Shown piece after piece: positions 15,915-26,059 of a stretch of DNA of 64,000 nt (the stretch's first letter is position 1; each line of letters starts with the position of its first letter). Location: positions 2,370 to 66,369 of the forward strand of contig JBGVQK010000077.1 of NCBI GenBank assembly GCA_045127455.1, given 5' to 3'. The translations under genes and the position numbers were made by a program. Below the pieces are notes generated by a model, which was given only the letters and a program-made list of their open reading frames with translations, did not search any database and was not told the DNA's origin. The DNA comes from Eubacteriales bacterium (GTDB lineage: Bacteria > Bacillota > Clostridia > Oscillospirales > CAG-272).

Positions 15915-16613
15915 TCACCAAGCGTCGAATACGCGACGGATCTTTACTCTTCTGGGACCTTGGAACTTTTTGGATTCCTTTTTGGTTGCGCTAAATTGAA
16001 CGGACATAAAGATGAGAGCTGCGGAAATAGCCAAAATTTTGCCAATGAGACCACCCAGCTGCAACAGAGCTACCTGAGGAGCCATTGCCGAGATCATTGC
16101 CATCAGCACAGCACCGGCTGCGCAAGAAGTAATAATAACGAACGCATAGCGAACAAAATACATGGATACCATTGCTACAACTGCGCCAACTGCAATTGCA
16201 ATTACATAGTTAGGCAGGAACAGATACATCATAACAAAGCCTGCAAAGCAAGCTACGCCGAACATAGCAAATGCAATCTTTTTGAATGCCAAAAAGCCCA
16301 GCAAAGCGAACAGAACAACGCCTACAATGATACCTGCGTAGTCGGGAAGCTTCCAACCAAAGCTATTGCTTGCTGTTCTGAAGAGAGCCTCACCAATGCC
16401 GTAGCCGGCAACAGCAAAGCAAACGGTGGAAAGCAGCTTGATGTACTTATATCCCAATGTACCAACCAAAATTGCGATAATTGCGCCTACTACGAGCATA
16501 GCAATAGCAGGAAGCTTAATGGTTGTTGCAAGGAACGAAACCTTTTCGGCGATAAGATCCAGAGCGCGTGCATAGCCGCCCGCGTTGAGAATCTCAAAGA
16601 AAACAGAACCCAT
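15915..16613 (-). CDS. Polytopic membrane protein (about 7 TM), unknown function
   Basis: Continuous hydrophobic helices and a C-terminal basic tail. A TTGACA-18-TATAAT promoter lies at about 16655-16690. Confidence 0.55.
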   Translation of the reverse strand: MGSVFFEILNAGGYARALDLIAEKVSFLATTIKLPAIAMLVVGAIIAILVGTLGYKYIKLLSTVCFAVAGYGIGEALFRTASNSFGWKLPDYAGIIVGVVLFALLGFLAFKKIAFAMFGVACFAGFVMMYLFLPNYVIAIAVGAVVAMVSMYFVRYAFVIITSCAAGAVLMAMISAMAPQVALLQLGGLIGKILAISAALIFMSVQFSATKKESKKFQGPRRVKIRRVFDAW

Positions 16614-16839
16614 AACGGAACCCCTTTCAAAAATTCATCTTCTGTTTTATTATACAACGAAAGCTATGCTTTTGTCAAGTGCTCACACCAACTTTTTCTC
16701 GGACTTTTTCAATTTTCATTCTTTTTTTGCATTTTTTTGGAAGTTTTGTTGGCGAAAACAGAATATTTACATTTTTTTGTTGAATTCTCTGTGATTTGTT
16801 TGTATAATAATGGGTGATCATTATGGCGAGGAGTACTTT

Positions 16840-18234
16840 ATGACGCAAGCAGACCTTTATTACAAAAAGATGACCGAGACCCCTGTGGCTCGCTTGATCG
16901 TGGGGCTTGGCATTCCAACGACAATATCCATGCTCATTACGGGCATTTACAATTTGGCAGACACCTATTTTGTTGGCGCTCTTGGCGAAAGTCAACAAGC
17001 GGCAACCGGCATTTTGTTCACTCTGCAATCCATTATCCAAGCAATCGCATTTATGCTTGGTCACGGCTCGGGAACTTTTGTTTCCAAGGCTTTGGCAGAT
17101 AAGGACACCAAAAGCGCTACGCGCTTTGTTTCCACTGCTTTCTTTACGGGCATTGGCATCGGTTTGGTCTTCTCTGTGGGTGGACTTCTCTTCCTTGACC
17201 CTCTGCTCCGCCTTTTGGGCAGCACCAAGACCATTCTTCCCTATGCGCGCGACTACGGCTTTTGGGTGCTGACCGCCTGCCCCATTATGATCGGCTCCTT
17301 GATACTCAACAACAATTTGCGCTACGAGGGCAAAGCCTTTTATGCAATGATCGGACTGACTACGGGCGGCATTTTGAATATTTTTGGTGACTTCTTGCTC
17401 ATTCGCGTTTGCAATCTTGGCGTATTTGGCGCGGGAATGGCAACCGCAATTTCACAAGCCATCAGCTTCTCAATTCTTTTGTTCCTCTACCTGCGTATGG
17501 CGCAAAGCACGATCTCCATTCGATCTATCAGCCGCGACGTAAGAGAATACTTGAATATTTGCAAGGTCGGCTTCCCCTCTCTCATTCGTCAAGGACTCAA
17601 TTCCATTTCGGGCGGTATTTTGAACAATCTGACCAAGGCATTTGGCGATGCTGCCATTGCCGCAATGAGCGTTGTTAACCGTTTTTCTTCTCTTGTTATG
17701 TTTGTTGGCCTTGGCATCGGTCAAGGATTTCAGCCCGTGGCATCCTTTAACTATCAGGCAAAAAAATATCGCCGCGTAAAAAAAGGCTTGATTTTTACCA
17801 CCGTGTTTGGTTTTTGTCTGTTGAGCGTGCTCGCTTCTCTCGGCTTTATTTTTGCAGAGCCTATTGTTTATCTGTTTCAAGAGCATCCCGAGGTGCGCGT
17901 CATTGGCGTGCCTGCACTGCGCTATGCCACCGTCGGCATTTTGTTCCTTTCCCTTTCCGTTCCCGTGAATATGCTCTATCAAAGCATTCGTCGCGCGGGC
18001 ATTGCTTCGCTCCTCTCGCTCTTGCGCTCGGGCGCGATATTCATTCCCGTATTGCTGATCCTGCATCACCTTTTGGGGCTGACGGGTATTCAATTGGCGC
18101 AGCCCACCGCTGACGTTATTACGGGACTTGTATCAATCCCCTTTATGCTTTATTTCTTAAAAACCACTCCAAATGACGAGGACGTCCCCGCTGACGTTCC
18201 CGAGCATTTCCCAAATGAAAAGGAGACCGTATGA
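16840..18234 (+). CDS. MATE family efflux transporter
   Basis: Start set at MTQADL (RBS GAGGAG). The IPTTISMLITGIYNLADTYFVG motif and 12 predicted TM helices are typical of MATE. Confidence 0.85.
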   Translation: MTQADLYYKKMTETPVARLIVGLGIPTTISMLITGIYNLADTYFVGALGESQQAATGILFTLQSIIQAIAFMLGHGSGTFVSKALADKDTKSATRFVSTAFFTGIGIGLVFSVGGLLFLDPLLRLLGSTKTILPYARDYGFWVLTACPIMIGSLILNNNLRYEGKAFYAMIGLTTGGILNIFGDFLLIRVCNLGVFGAGMATAISQAISFSILLFLYLRMAQSTISIRSISRDVREYLNICKVGFPSLIRQGLNSISGGILNNLTKAFGDAAIAAMSVVNRFSSLVMFVGLGIGQGFQPVASFNYQAKKYRRVKKGLIFTTVFGFCLLSVLASLGFIFAEPIVYLFQEHPEVRVIGVPALRYATVGILFLSLSVPVNMLYQSIRRAGIASLLSLLRSGAIFIPVLLILHHLLGLTGIQLAQPTADVITGLVSIPFMLYFLKTTPNDEDVPADVPEHFPNEKETV

Positions 18235-18944
18235 AAATAACCACCGTACTCTTTGACCTTGACGGTACGCTGCTGCCAATGGATATGAACGAATTTATCA
18301 AGGCATATTTTGGCGGTCTTGCCCGTCGCTTAGCCCCCCACGGCTATGAGCCGCAAAAGCTGATCGATGCCATTTGGCAAGGCACTGCCGCTATGGTAAA
18401 GAATGATGGCAGCGTGATCAACGAGGAGCGTTTTTGGGCAGGCTTTGAGGCATCCTACGGAAGAGCGGCACGTCAGGACGAAGAACTTTTTGCCGCCTTT
18501 TATCGCGAGGATTTTGACAATGTCCGCACCTCTTGCGGCTACACACCTGCCGCACGCGAGGTCATTGACACCGTAAAGGCTTGCGGCTTGCGCACAGCAC
18601 TTGCCACCAACCCCATTTTTCCCGCAATGGCAACCGAGCGTCGCATTGCTTGGGCAGGGCTCTCCCCCTCGGATTTTGAGCTTTACACCACCTATGAAAA
18701 TTCCCGTTTTTGCAAGCCAAACCTCGATTATTACCGTGACGTGATGCAAAAAATGGGCGTTACCGCCGAGGAGTGCCTGATGGTTGGCAACGACGTTGGC
18801 GAAGATATGATCGCCCAACAACTCGGTTGCCGCGTATTCCTTTTGACCGATTGCATTATCAATCCCAAAAACCTTGATATTTCCGTTTATCCGCACGGAG
18901 ATTTTGATGATTTGATCGTATTTATTAAAACCTTAAACGCATAA
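18231..18944 (+). CDS. HAD-superfamily hydrolase
   Basis: Motif I is VLFDLDGTLL. Motif IV is GNDVGEDM. ATGA start/stop overlap with the MATE gene. Confidence 0.8.
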   Translation: MKITTVLFDLDGTLLPMDMNEFIKAYFGGLARRLAPHGYEPQKLIDAIWQGTAAMVKNDGSVINEERFWAGFEASYGRAARQDEELFAAFYREDFDNVRTSCGYTPAAREVIDTVKACGLRTALATNPIFPAMATERRIAWAGLSPSDFELYTTYENSRFCKPNLDYYRDVMQKMGVTAEECLMVGNDVGEDMIAQQLGCRVFLLTDCIINPKNLDISVYPHGDFDDLIVFIKTLNA

Positions 18945-18987
18945 AAACAGCCGAAGAAGCAAGATTTGCTTCTTCGGCTGTTTTTTT
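18944..18987. terminator. Bidirectional intrinsic terminator
   Basis: AAAAACAGCCGAAGAAGCAA-GAT-TTGCTTCTTCGGCTGTTTTT. Confidence 0.85.
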
Positions 18988-18989
18988 AT

Positions 18990-21782
18990 TTAGTGTTTGC
19001 TACTGCTATCGATCAACTCCGCATTGAGGAGACGGTCGATATCCTTGACGAGCTTGTTCAAAAGAGAGGTGGAAGCGTAGAATTTGCCAACCACGCCATC
19101 GGGAGAGGTGGTAACAAATTCGCCGTTCTCGTTCTTTTCAAACAGCTCTACGGTTACAAGAACCTTCCAATCGGAATATTGATAGAATTTGTATTCCAGA
19201 TATTGCGAGAGATTTTCGTCATAGTGGCGGATCTCTTCACCGTTCTTATCGTAATAGGTGTAGCCGTTGAGTGCTCTTGCGTAGTCCTCAACGTGGGTGG
19301 AAATGGTTGCAATGGGCTTTTTATCGGCGCTTGCGAGATAGTCCTCAACGCTCATTCCCATAGCCGCTTCAAACTCAACGGGATCTACGTCACCCATCAG
19401 CGAGAAGTAGAGCAATTGCAGATGCAGCTTGCGGAAGTTGTCGGTTGCCGTAACGGTTCCGTACTTCTCTTGTCCGTCGTCGCCTATGCCCGTATCGGAA
19501 ATGTTGTATTCCAGCAGCTCTCCGTTGCAGGAGACCAAAAGGCCAGAGGCATTCACACCGAGGGTCGCCTCGTATGTTTTGCCCTTGTAGGTGTAGCGGT
19601 AAACGGGATCGTTCAAACTGCGGTTCACGAGAATACGCTCGTTGCGATCCAAGTCAACGTAGTAATAATGTCCGCCAAGATATTTGCCGTTTTCGTCGCG
19701 GTCGATATCGAACTCGATAATCTTTGTAACGTAATCGGGAGAGACGGTTACGTTTTCACCTGCCGCGTTTGTGTAATAGAAGCTCTCCTGCACGTAAGCA
19801 ACGTCGGTAAGCGTGGGATCGAGAATAATATCCTTGTTGCTGACGACCTTTACCGTATCGAGATCGACTTCGGCTACAATGTCATAGGATTTGTTGCCTA
19901 CCTTGTAGACTTTTTTGTCGCCCTCGATATAGACCTTGCCCTCGGAGAGGTTGATGCCCTTAAATTCGCCTTTTTCGTTTACGTAGTACGCATAGCTGAG
20001 CGAATTGTCAAGATCAAAATCAAAGGTCTTGTCGGTGGGAAGATTGAACGCCTCGCCGTTGAATTCAAATTTGATATCGCGAACGTAGGCAACGTTGTGG
20101 AAAATAAATGCTTCGCTGTACCACTTCATATAGTCCCATTCGAGGAAGGAAAGGTAGTATTGGTCTACCTCTACGATCATATTGAAAGGAACTGCCGCCA
20201 CGTAGTAGGTTCCCTGCGGCGTTTTTTGGCTGATGAAAAGCTCGTTTGTAGCATAAAGCTTATCACCGTTTTCATCTACGTTGCCCGAGAAGGTGGAGTA
20301 CGTGAGATAGTAAACGTCTTTATCCAAGCCAAACTCCGCCATGGTTTCGGCAGTCAAGCCAATGCGCTTGCAGGCAATGCATTCAATGGAGTAAAAGGCT
20401 TCAAACACCGAAATGGCACTGTTTTCGTTGATGTGGTAGCCCGACATAACGCTGATGCCCGGCAGATAGGGGCGCGTGGAATTCATTGTGTTGATGCGCT
20501 CCTCAAGCTCGGAGTAGGTAAAGGAAACGATGGTTTCGAGCTCATAGTCGCCTTCCTGCCAGGTGGGAAGGTGCCCAAGGAGAAAATCCTTGCCCATGCT
20601 GTGGTAAGTGACCGATACGGGGAAAACCGCACGCGGAACCACAAGCTCCTCGATGGGCTGCAGAATAGTTGCTTCAATATAGTCGGTGGTAACGATATAT
20701 ACCGAGCCTCTGCCCTCAAGGCGAACGTAATAGCCCGCTCCCGAGAGAATGGGGTCGCCAATGTGAACGGTGTAGGTCTTTTTGGGGTCGGGCTGCGGGT
20801 TGCCGTCCTCATCGTAATCAAGAACGTATTTGCCGTTTTTGATCATATCGCTGCCATCGGCATTCTTTTTGTAAAGCAGACCGCTGATGGTGTAGGTCGC
20901 CTGCGGAGTATCAAGACCGTAAACCGAATAGTCGATCGTTCCGTCGGGCAAGCGAGGAATGAGCGGATCGCTCGAATTGGCTCCCATTTTGCGGTTGGCA
21001 AGCATATAACCGCAGGAGAAGCAAAGCTGTGCAAAAAGATCCTGGTCGAATTCCAAATTCGATTTTTCAAACTCCTTGATCTTAATGCCGCCCGCGGTGC
21101 GATAAACCGTGTAATCACCGCCCTGCTCGTTCTTCATTGTAATGGAATAAAAATCGCTTGAAAGAATTTGCGGGAACATCAAAAGCGTAGTACCCGTGGT
21201 GTATTCGCCATCCTCTGCGTCAACCGTTGCACGCAGGGTATGTGCACCTGTTTCGGGGTCTATTCTGTATTGATTTCCGCTTCCCTTTGCAATAAAGACG
21301 GTTGCCAACACACCGTTGGTATCCATCAGATTGCCGTCGGCATCAAAAAGCTTATATACGCCATCCTGGCGCTTGATATAGTATTTGTCGCTGTACTCCA
21401 CGCCGTCCACCGTGTAGTTATCCACAAAGGTGTAAACGGAGATCAGCTGCGAAACGATAACAAAGGTGATGATCAGGGCAATTGCAACCGCCGCAAGTGC
21501 AACAATGGCAATTTTTTGGCGCTTTATCATCGAGCGCTTTTTATCCTTTTGGGGTGCGGCTTTTTCCCAACGGGCAACCAGAAGAATGTCCTCATCCGCT
21601 TCAATGAGCGCATCGGGGGTAACAAGCACGTCACCGTGATACCAACCGCCAAAGGTGTACCCGCGGCGAGTGGGGGTCGGAAGTGCACCAAACGGCTCTC
21701 CAACAATACCCTCTCGGCTCAGCTGCGAGACGTTACCTCGGTTGGCATCAAATATTAGGTTGATAATGGTTCCTGTTTTCAT
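18990..21782 (-). CDS. Large single-pass membrane protein: N-terminal Listeria/Bacteroides-type (InlB B-repeat-like) module, TM helix, and a roughly 800-aa extracytoplasmic DUF4340-like region
   Basis: The GYTFGGWYHG...LVARW repeat signature is followed by KKRSMIKRQK and a TM helix. It is the last gene of the ABC-2/GldG-like operon, the position where DUF4340 proteins usually sit. That assignment comes from remembered gene order, not a search. Confidence 0.55.
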   Translation of the reverse strand: MKTGTIINLIFDANRGNVSQLSREGIVGEPFGALPTPTRRGYTFGGWYHGDVLVTPDALIEADEDILLVARWEKAAPQKDKKRSMIKRQKIAIVALAAVAIALIITFVIVSQLISVYTFVDNYTVDGVEYSDKYYIKRQDGVYKLFDADGNLMDTNGVLATVFIAKGSGNQYRIDPETGAHTLRATVDAEDGEYTTGTTLLMFPQILSSDFYSITMKNEQGGDYTVYRTAGGIKIKEFEKSNLEFDQDLFAQLCFSCGYMLANRKMGANSSDPLIPRLPDGTIDYSVYGLDTPQATYTISGLLYKKNADGSDMIKNGKYVLDYDEDGNPQPDPKKTYTVHIGDPILSGAGYYVRLEGRGSVYIVTTDYIEATILQPIEELVVPRAVFPVSVTYHSMGKDFLLGHLPTWQEGDYELETIVSFTYSELEERINTMNSTRPYLPGISVMSGYHINENSAISVFEAFYSIECIACKRIGLTAETMAEFGLDKDVYYLTYSTFSGNVDENGDKLYATNELFISQKTPQGTYYVAAVPFNMIVEVDQYYLSFLEWDYMKWYSEAFIFHNVAYVRDIKFEFNGEAFNLPTDKTFDFDLDNSLSYAYYVNEKGEFKGINLSEGKVYIEGDKKVYKVGNKSYDIVAEVDLDTVKVVSNKDIILDPTLTDVAYVQESFYYTNAAGENVTVSPDYVTKIIEFDIDRDENGKYLGGHYYYVDLDRNERILVNRSLNDPVYRYTYKGKTYEATLGVNASGLLVSCNGELLEYNISDTGIGDDGQEKYGTVTATDNFRKLHLQLLYFSLMGDVDPVEFEAAMGMSVEDYLASADKKPIATISTHVEDYARALNGYTYYDKNGEEIRHYDENLSQYLEYKFYQYSDWKVLVTVELFEKNENGEFVTTSPDGVVGKFYASTSLLNKLVKDIDRLLNAELIDSSSKH

Positions 21783-21830
21783 TGGTTAGTTGTTTCCCTT
21801 TCTTTGAAAACCTACTTCAAAATCTCAAAT

Positions 21831-23642
21831 TTATGCACCGCGGCGTGTTTTTCTTTTAACCAAAACAACAACGCCTGTCACCGTCATGGTAAGAGCGGGC
21901 AAAACGGCGAGAACGACCGTCCATGTGATAATACCGGGAGCGATAGAGGTTGCCCCTGTGGTGCTATCGGTTTGCATATGCTGCTCGGTATCGATCTGCA
22001 TATCGTAAAGCGCGAGGAAGCTCAGTCCTACGGGATTGACCTCTCTGCCAACGTAACGCAAAATAGAAAGGAGCGCATCGGTGTTGCCGTAAGAGGTGCT
22101 GCCAAGAAGTGCATTTTTTGCAAAGTCGGTAGAGCCGACGGCACATACAAAGGAGGGTTGATTAACGGTCGTATATCCCATGCCCTCGCTTACCGTGCGA
22201 GGCTCGGCAGAAAGCGTCATCACGTTAAAGATACCCGAGCCGCCCATGGGTACGCCGTGCTCATCCGTCAACGCCTCTCCGTTTGCTTTCACGGAGTAGT
22301 TTGCAGGTGCCTCGGAGGTTCCCGCACGGAAGATGTCGTAGATCATACGGTTCCAACCGTCTCTACTCGCATAGGCGTAGGTGTATGCGGGAGTACCGTT
22401 TTTCTCGTCAGCCATTACGTAGCCACGATCGTAGGTGGAGGAATATGCCACGGGGATTGCATTGCCGAAGATGACCTTGGGTTCACTTCCCGAGGAGATG
22501 ATGTCGCTTATAGAAGCGGCACCAATGCCTCTGCCAACGGGATACTGTGCAATAAAGGAGTTGCCCGTGCCGTCGAGTGCGTTTGCGGAATCCACAATTG
22601 CATAATTGCCCTTGACCGTTTCTCCTGCTGCGTTTTGACCGTTGGCGCGTTGATATTCAATGCCCCAAAAGTTCAAATACTCCTCAAGGTTGGGCAGGTG
22701 CGGTGTATCGGCATCCATAAATACCATAAAGGAATACGCCTTATCCAAAAACGCATCCAGCTTTTTGGTTTCGGAGACCGTTACGCTTTCATTGCCAAAC
22801 GCCGATACAAAATCGGTTTGCGGATCAAAGGTCAAGATCAAGCGGCAGTTTTCGGGAATTTCACCGTTTGCCAGATCCAAAAATTGAATTTCATATCCCG
22901 CGCCCTCAATAACGTTCATAAACTCGCTGTATTCGGGCCAATTTTCGCGATCGTTCAGATCCCAATCGGCAAAGGGCTCGCCGTGGTTAACGGTCAGGCA
23001 GCAAATGGGAGCCTCGGCACCCGTAACGTCAAGGATCTGCTTGACGAACTGCTTTTGTCCGTTATAACCGATCGGCACGTCAGAGGCGCTATCGGAGTCG
23101 TAGGTATAAAAGGCACGCGCCGAGCTGACGCGGAATTCGGTGCCGCTGGCTACGATGATATTGGAGGGATAAATAGTGGAATAAGAGGTACTGCGGTACA
23201 TATCCACCGAGGAGGGGTTGCTCCAAACGTCGCGCCAAGAAACCGTAATGGTTTTGGGGAACTGCTTTTGCAGCGCCAGCGCGGTGTAATAGATATAGCG
23301 CATAGACTCTGTTCCGATCAGCTGGTCGGGCTCGGCACAAAAGATGATCTCTACCTCTACGGGCTCTTCCCGATCGCTGTTGGCTTGGTCAATGATATAT
23401 CCTAAATATCCGACGGTCTCATCCATCAGCGTGTAAAGTCCGCACTGCTTTTGCAGATTGCTGAACTCCTGATAGACGGTATATGTGGACTGCGGTGTCA
23501 GATCGATAAACCAATGCTGGGTGGTGCAAAGTGCCGTCATACCAACGTTGAGGAGCAGAACGGCAACAAGCACGATGATGCACAGTCCCAATGAGGCGGA
23601 GCCGTGACGGAGCTTGCGCTCCCATCCGTTTCCGAGTTTCAT
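21831..23642 (-). CDS. GldG-like auxiliary component of an ABC-2 system (paralog 2)
   Basis: Start set at MKLGNGW. N- and C-terminal TM helices flank a large external domain. The C-terminus ends TM+KRKTRRGA. It shares IIFC...YIYYTALAL with the upstream paralog. Confidence 0.6.
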   Translation of the reverse strand: MKLGNGWERKLRHGSASLGLCIIVLVAVLLLNVGMTALCTTQHWFIDLTPQSTYTVYQEFSNLQKQCGLYTLMDETVGYLGYIIDQANSDREEPVEVEIIFCAEPDQLIGTESMRYIYYTALALQKQFPKTITVSWRDVWSNPSSVDMYRSTSYSTIYPSNIIVASGTEFRVSSARAFYTYDSDSASDVPIGYNGQKQFVKQILDVTGAEAPICCLTVNHGEPFADWDLNDRENWPEYSEFMNVIEGAGYEIQFLDLANGEIPENCRLILTFDPQTDFVSAFGNESVTVSETKKLDAFLDKAYSFMVFMDADTPHLPNLEEYLNFWGIEYQRANGQNAAGETVKGNYAIVDSANALDGTGNSFIAQYPVGRGIGAASISDIISSGSEPKVIFGNAIPVAYSSTYDRGYVMADEKNGTPAYTYAYASRDGWNRMIYDIFRAGTSEAPANYSVKANGEALTDEHGVPMGGSGIFNVMTLSAEPRTVSEGMGYTTVNQPSFVCAVGSTDFAKNALLGSTSYGNTDALLSILRYVGREVNPVGLSFLALYDMQIDTEQHMQTDSTTGATSIAPGIITWTVVLAVLPALTMTVTGVVVLVKRKTRRGA

Positions 23643-23671
23643 ATCTGTTTTTTCCTTTCTTCGGGGTTTTC

Positions 23672-25219
23672 TTATGCGCGGCGGCGACGGACAAGCACGA
23701 TTACTGCAACCGCCAGCGAGGTGATTGCGGGGATCAATGCCAAAGTAACCGTCCAACGCAGCATTTGCGCGGTGGTAATGGTGCTGATATCATAGGATGC
23801 AAAGGGCTTGATGGTAAGCCCTACGGGAGAGGAGCGCTCACCGATCTCTTCAAAAAGAGTAAGCAATACGTCACCGTTATCGTAAACGGCGGATTGCAGG
23901 TATTCGCGCGTGCCAAAGTTGACCGACGATACCACACCAACGTGAGAGGTGCCCGCGGCATTTTGTTGCTCGGTCAGGCTCATCAAAATGCAGGAGCCGC
24001 CGTCAACAACCTGTCCGTTTGCCCAATGCAGGGTCTTATCGCTGCTGCGATACAAGGGATAGAGCGTGCGCTCACCGTTCATACTGACGTAGGTGCCGTC
24101 CTCGCGTGCGGTATACCCTTCTCCCGTTACCGAGAGAGCGGTTGCGTTGCCAAACACAACGTACTCGTTTGCGGGGTCAACAAAACGGCTATCCTCGGCG
24201 TGACCGTAAATGGTGTAGCCGTCGGAGGTCAGAGAGCCCGAGGTATCCTGCACCATATAGCGATGGGAAACGCCCGTGGTCGTATTCTTTGCATATTCTG
24301 TCTCAATGCCCCACTCCTTAATGTAGCTTTCAAAGTTGGGCATATGCGGTGTTCCGTTCTCCAAAAAGAGGAAGAAGGAGTGTCCGTCCTGTGCCAAAAA
24401 GGCATCCAGAATTTCTTTTTCGGAAATATCGGAAAGATCATCCGATACAAGATCGGTGTTGGGATTGTAGCTGATAATGACGTCGCAGGTTGCGGGAATG
24501 GGGTCCTTATAAAGGTCCATATAAACCACCGTGTAGCCTGCATCGTCAAGAATGGTCAAAAGCTCGTAATCGTAGGCAATCTCGCCGTGGTTTGTAAGCA
24601 AGCAAGCAATGCGCGGGTCGTCGTCGATGGCGTGCATCAGGGCGGAGCTCAATTTGCGCTCGCCGCTGTAAGCCCACGGCTCCACGCTTGTATCATCGGC
24701 AAACACATAAAAATCTGTCCACTTGTAAACGCGGTGGTAATTGTTGCAAACAACAATAACGCTGGAGCTGTTGAGCTGTGTAACAAGCTCCTCACCGGTT
24801 AAGGGATGGATGCTGACCGTATAAGGCTTTACAGGCGTGGGATCAATATAGATATCGTAAAACTTGAGCTTGATGTTCTCAAAGCGTTCTGCCAAAGCGC
24901 GTGCTGTGTAGTAGAGATAATAGTTTTCGTGTCCCTCTGCCTTTACGGAATCCTCGAGGTCGCAGAACAAGATCTCAATATCGGGCAACGTCCCGTTCGC
25001 GCTTTTGTGGGCATTGAAGCTTTCCTCCAAAACCGTGTAGCAATCCTCGGTGACGTCAAATGCCAGCGTGGGCGTTAAAGAGGTGTAAAGCGCATACCGC
25101 TCCACCAGCGAGGACACCACAACGTTGACAAGCACGGCAACCAGAATAACCATAGCAGTCAAAACTGCCGCTACTGTGGCATAACGCACTTTTTTGTTGC
25201 GTATGAATCGTTTTTTCAT
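23672..25219 (-). CDS. GldG-like auxiliary component of an ABC-2 system (paralog 1)
   Basis: Same architecture as the downstream paralog: N-terminal TM, ILFC...YLYYTARAL, C-terminal TM+RRRRA. Confidence 0.6.
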   Translation of the reverse strand: MKKRFIRNKKVRYATVAAVLTAMVILVAVLVNVVVSSLVERYALYTSLTPTLAFDVTEDCYTVLEESFNAHKSANGTLPDIEILFCDLEDSVKAEGHENYYLYYTARALAERFENIKLKFYDIYIDPTPVKPYTVSIHPLTGEELVTQLNSSSVIVVCNNYHRVYKWTDFYVFADDTSVEPWAYSGERKLSSALMHAIDDDPRIACLLTNHGEIAYDYELLTILDDAGYTVVYMDLYKDPIPATCDVIISYNPNTDLVSDDLSDISEKEILDAFLAQDGHSFFLFLENGTPHMPNFESYIKEWGIETEYAKNTTTGVSHRYMVQDTSGSLTSDGYTIYGHAEDSRFVDPANEYVVFGNATALSVTGEGYTAREDGTYVSMNGERTLYPLYRSSDKTLHWANGQVVDGGSCILMSLTEQQNAAGTSHVGVVSSVNFGTREYLQSAVYDNGDVLLTLFEEIGERSSPVGLTIKPFASYDISTITTAQMLRWTVTLALIPAITSLAVAVIVLVRRRRA

Positions 25220-25240
25220 AAAGGTGCTTCCTCCCGGGCA

Positions 25241-26011
25241 TTAACCCCAACGACGTTTTTCGTAAACGCGCACGGTCAAGAAGAGAAATACAAACGACAG
25301 CGATGCGTAATACAGGAGCGCTGCGTAATCGAACACACCTGCGCTGAAGTTGGAATAGCGGCTAAGCACCGACACCCAATCAATAACAAAACGAACAGCG
25401 TAGCTACCGATGATAGGTTGTCCGGCAGCATCGGTAAGCATATTAAACACGTTGAGCAGCACCATAACGGCAATAACGCCAATGGTGATGACCGCAGCGG
25501 AAAGCTGGTTTTCGGTCAGGGCGGAAATGAAGGTTCCAATGGCGATCAGTGCCGCACCCAAAAGGATGAGAGCGATCAGAGAGCCAACGATCTGTCCCGT
25601 TACGGGGCCGATATGCGTGAGCGAATAATCCGCCCCCGCACGCTCAGCACTTGCGATAACGTACAGAGGAATGAAGTTGATGCAGGAAAGCAGAACGCCA
25701 CCAACAAACAACGTAAGAGCGGCAAAATACTTGCCAAGCACCATGCCCGTAATGGTAACGGGTGCGGTGAGCAGCATTTGCTCGGTGCGCATCTTTTTCT
25801 CCTCTGCAAACAGTCTCATCGTCAAAAGCGGAATGAGAACGACAAAGGAAATGATGAGGTAAAAGAAATATTGGCTCGTGTTATAGGTGCCTGCAATAAT
25901 GGTGGTGTAGCAGCAAAGCAGAGCCGAGAACACCAAAAAGATACCCAAATAAATGTATCCTATGGGGTTGATAAAGTAAGAGGATAACTCTTTACGATAA
26001 ATGGCAAACAT
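25241..26011 (-). CDS. ABC-2 type transporter permease
   Basis: 256 aa with 6 TM helices. Opens MFAIYRKELSSYFINPIGYIYL, typical of GldF/ABC-2 permeases. Confidence 0.7.
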   Translation of the reverse strand: MFAIYRKELSSYFINPIGYIYLGIFLVFSALLCCYTTIIAGTYNTSQYFFYLIISFVVLIPLLTMRLFAEEKKMRTEQMLLTAPVTITGMVLGKYFAALTLFVGGVLLSCINFIPLYVIASAERAGADYSLTHIGPVTGQIVGSLIALILLGAALIAIGTFISALTENQLSAAVITIGVIAVMVLLNVFNMLTDAAGQPIIGSYAVRFVIDWVSVLSRYSNFSAGVFDYAALLYYASLSFVFLFLTVRVYEKRRWG

Positions 26012-26059
26012 AAAACAGAAATTCCTTTCTTAATGAGTAGATCCGAGCACGGATAAGGT

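Noticed and set aside
15484-15999. ORFs 15484-15774 (-), 15479-15745 (+) and 15520-15999 (+) around tRNA-Trp.
   Set aside because: They overlap the tRNA gene, its terminator and its promoter. None has a ribosome-binding site.
18966-21161. 731-aa plus-strand ORF, with similar very long antisense ORFs at 21804-23405, 23591-24802, 37823-40120 (765 aa), 43096-44322, 33117-34499, 26108-27214, 27283-28266, 28320-29168 and 10786-11844.
   Set aside because: Each lies fully antisense to a gene with clear motifs, a ribosome-binding site and operon logic. Their translations are V/G/N/C/I-rich low-information sequence without motifs or ribosome-binding sites. Long antisense frames are expected when the sense genes avoid TTA/CTA/TCA codons. 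I treat them as shadow ORFs, not overlapping genes.
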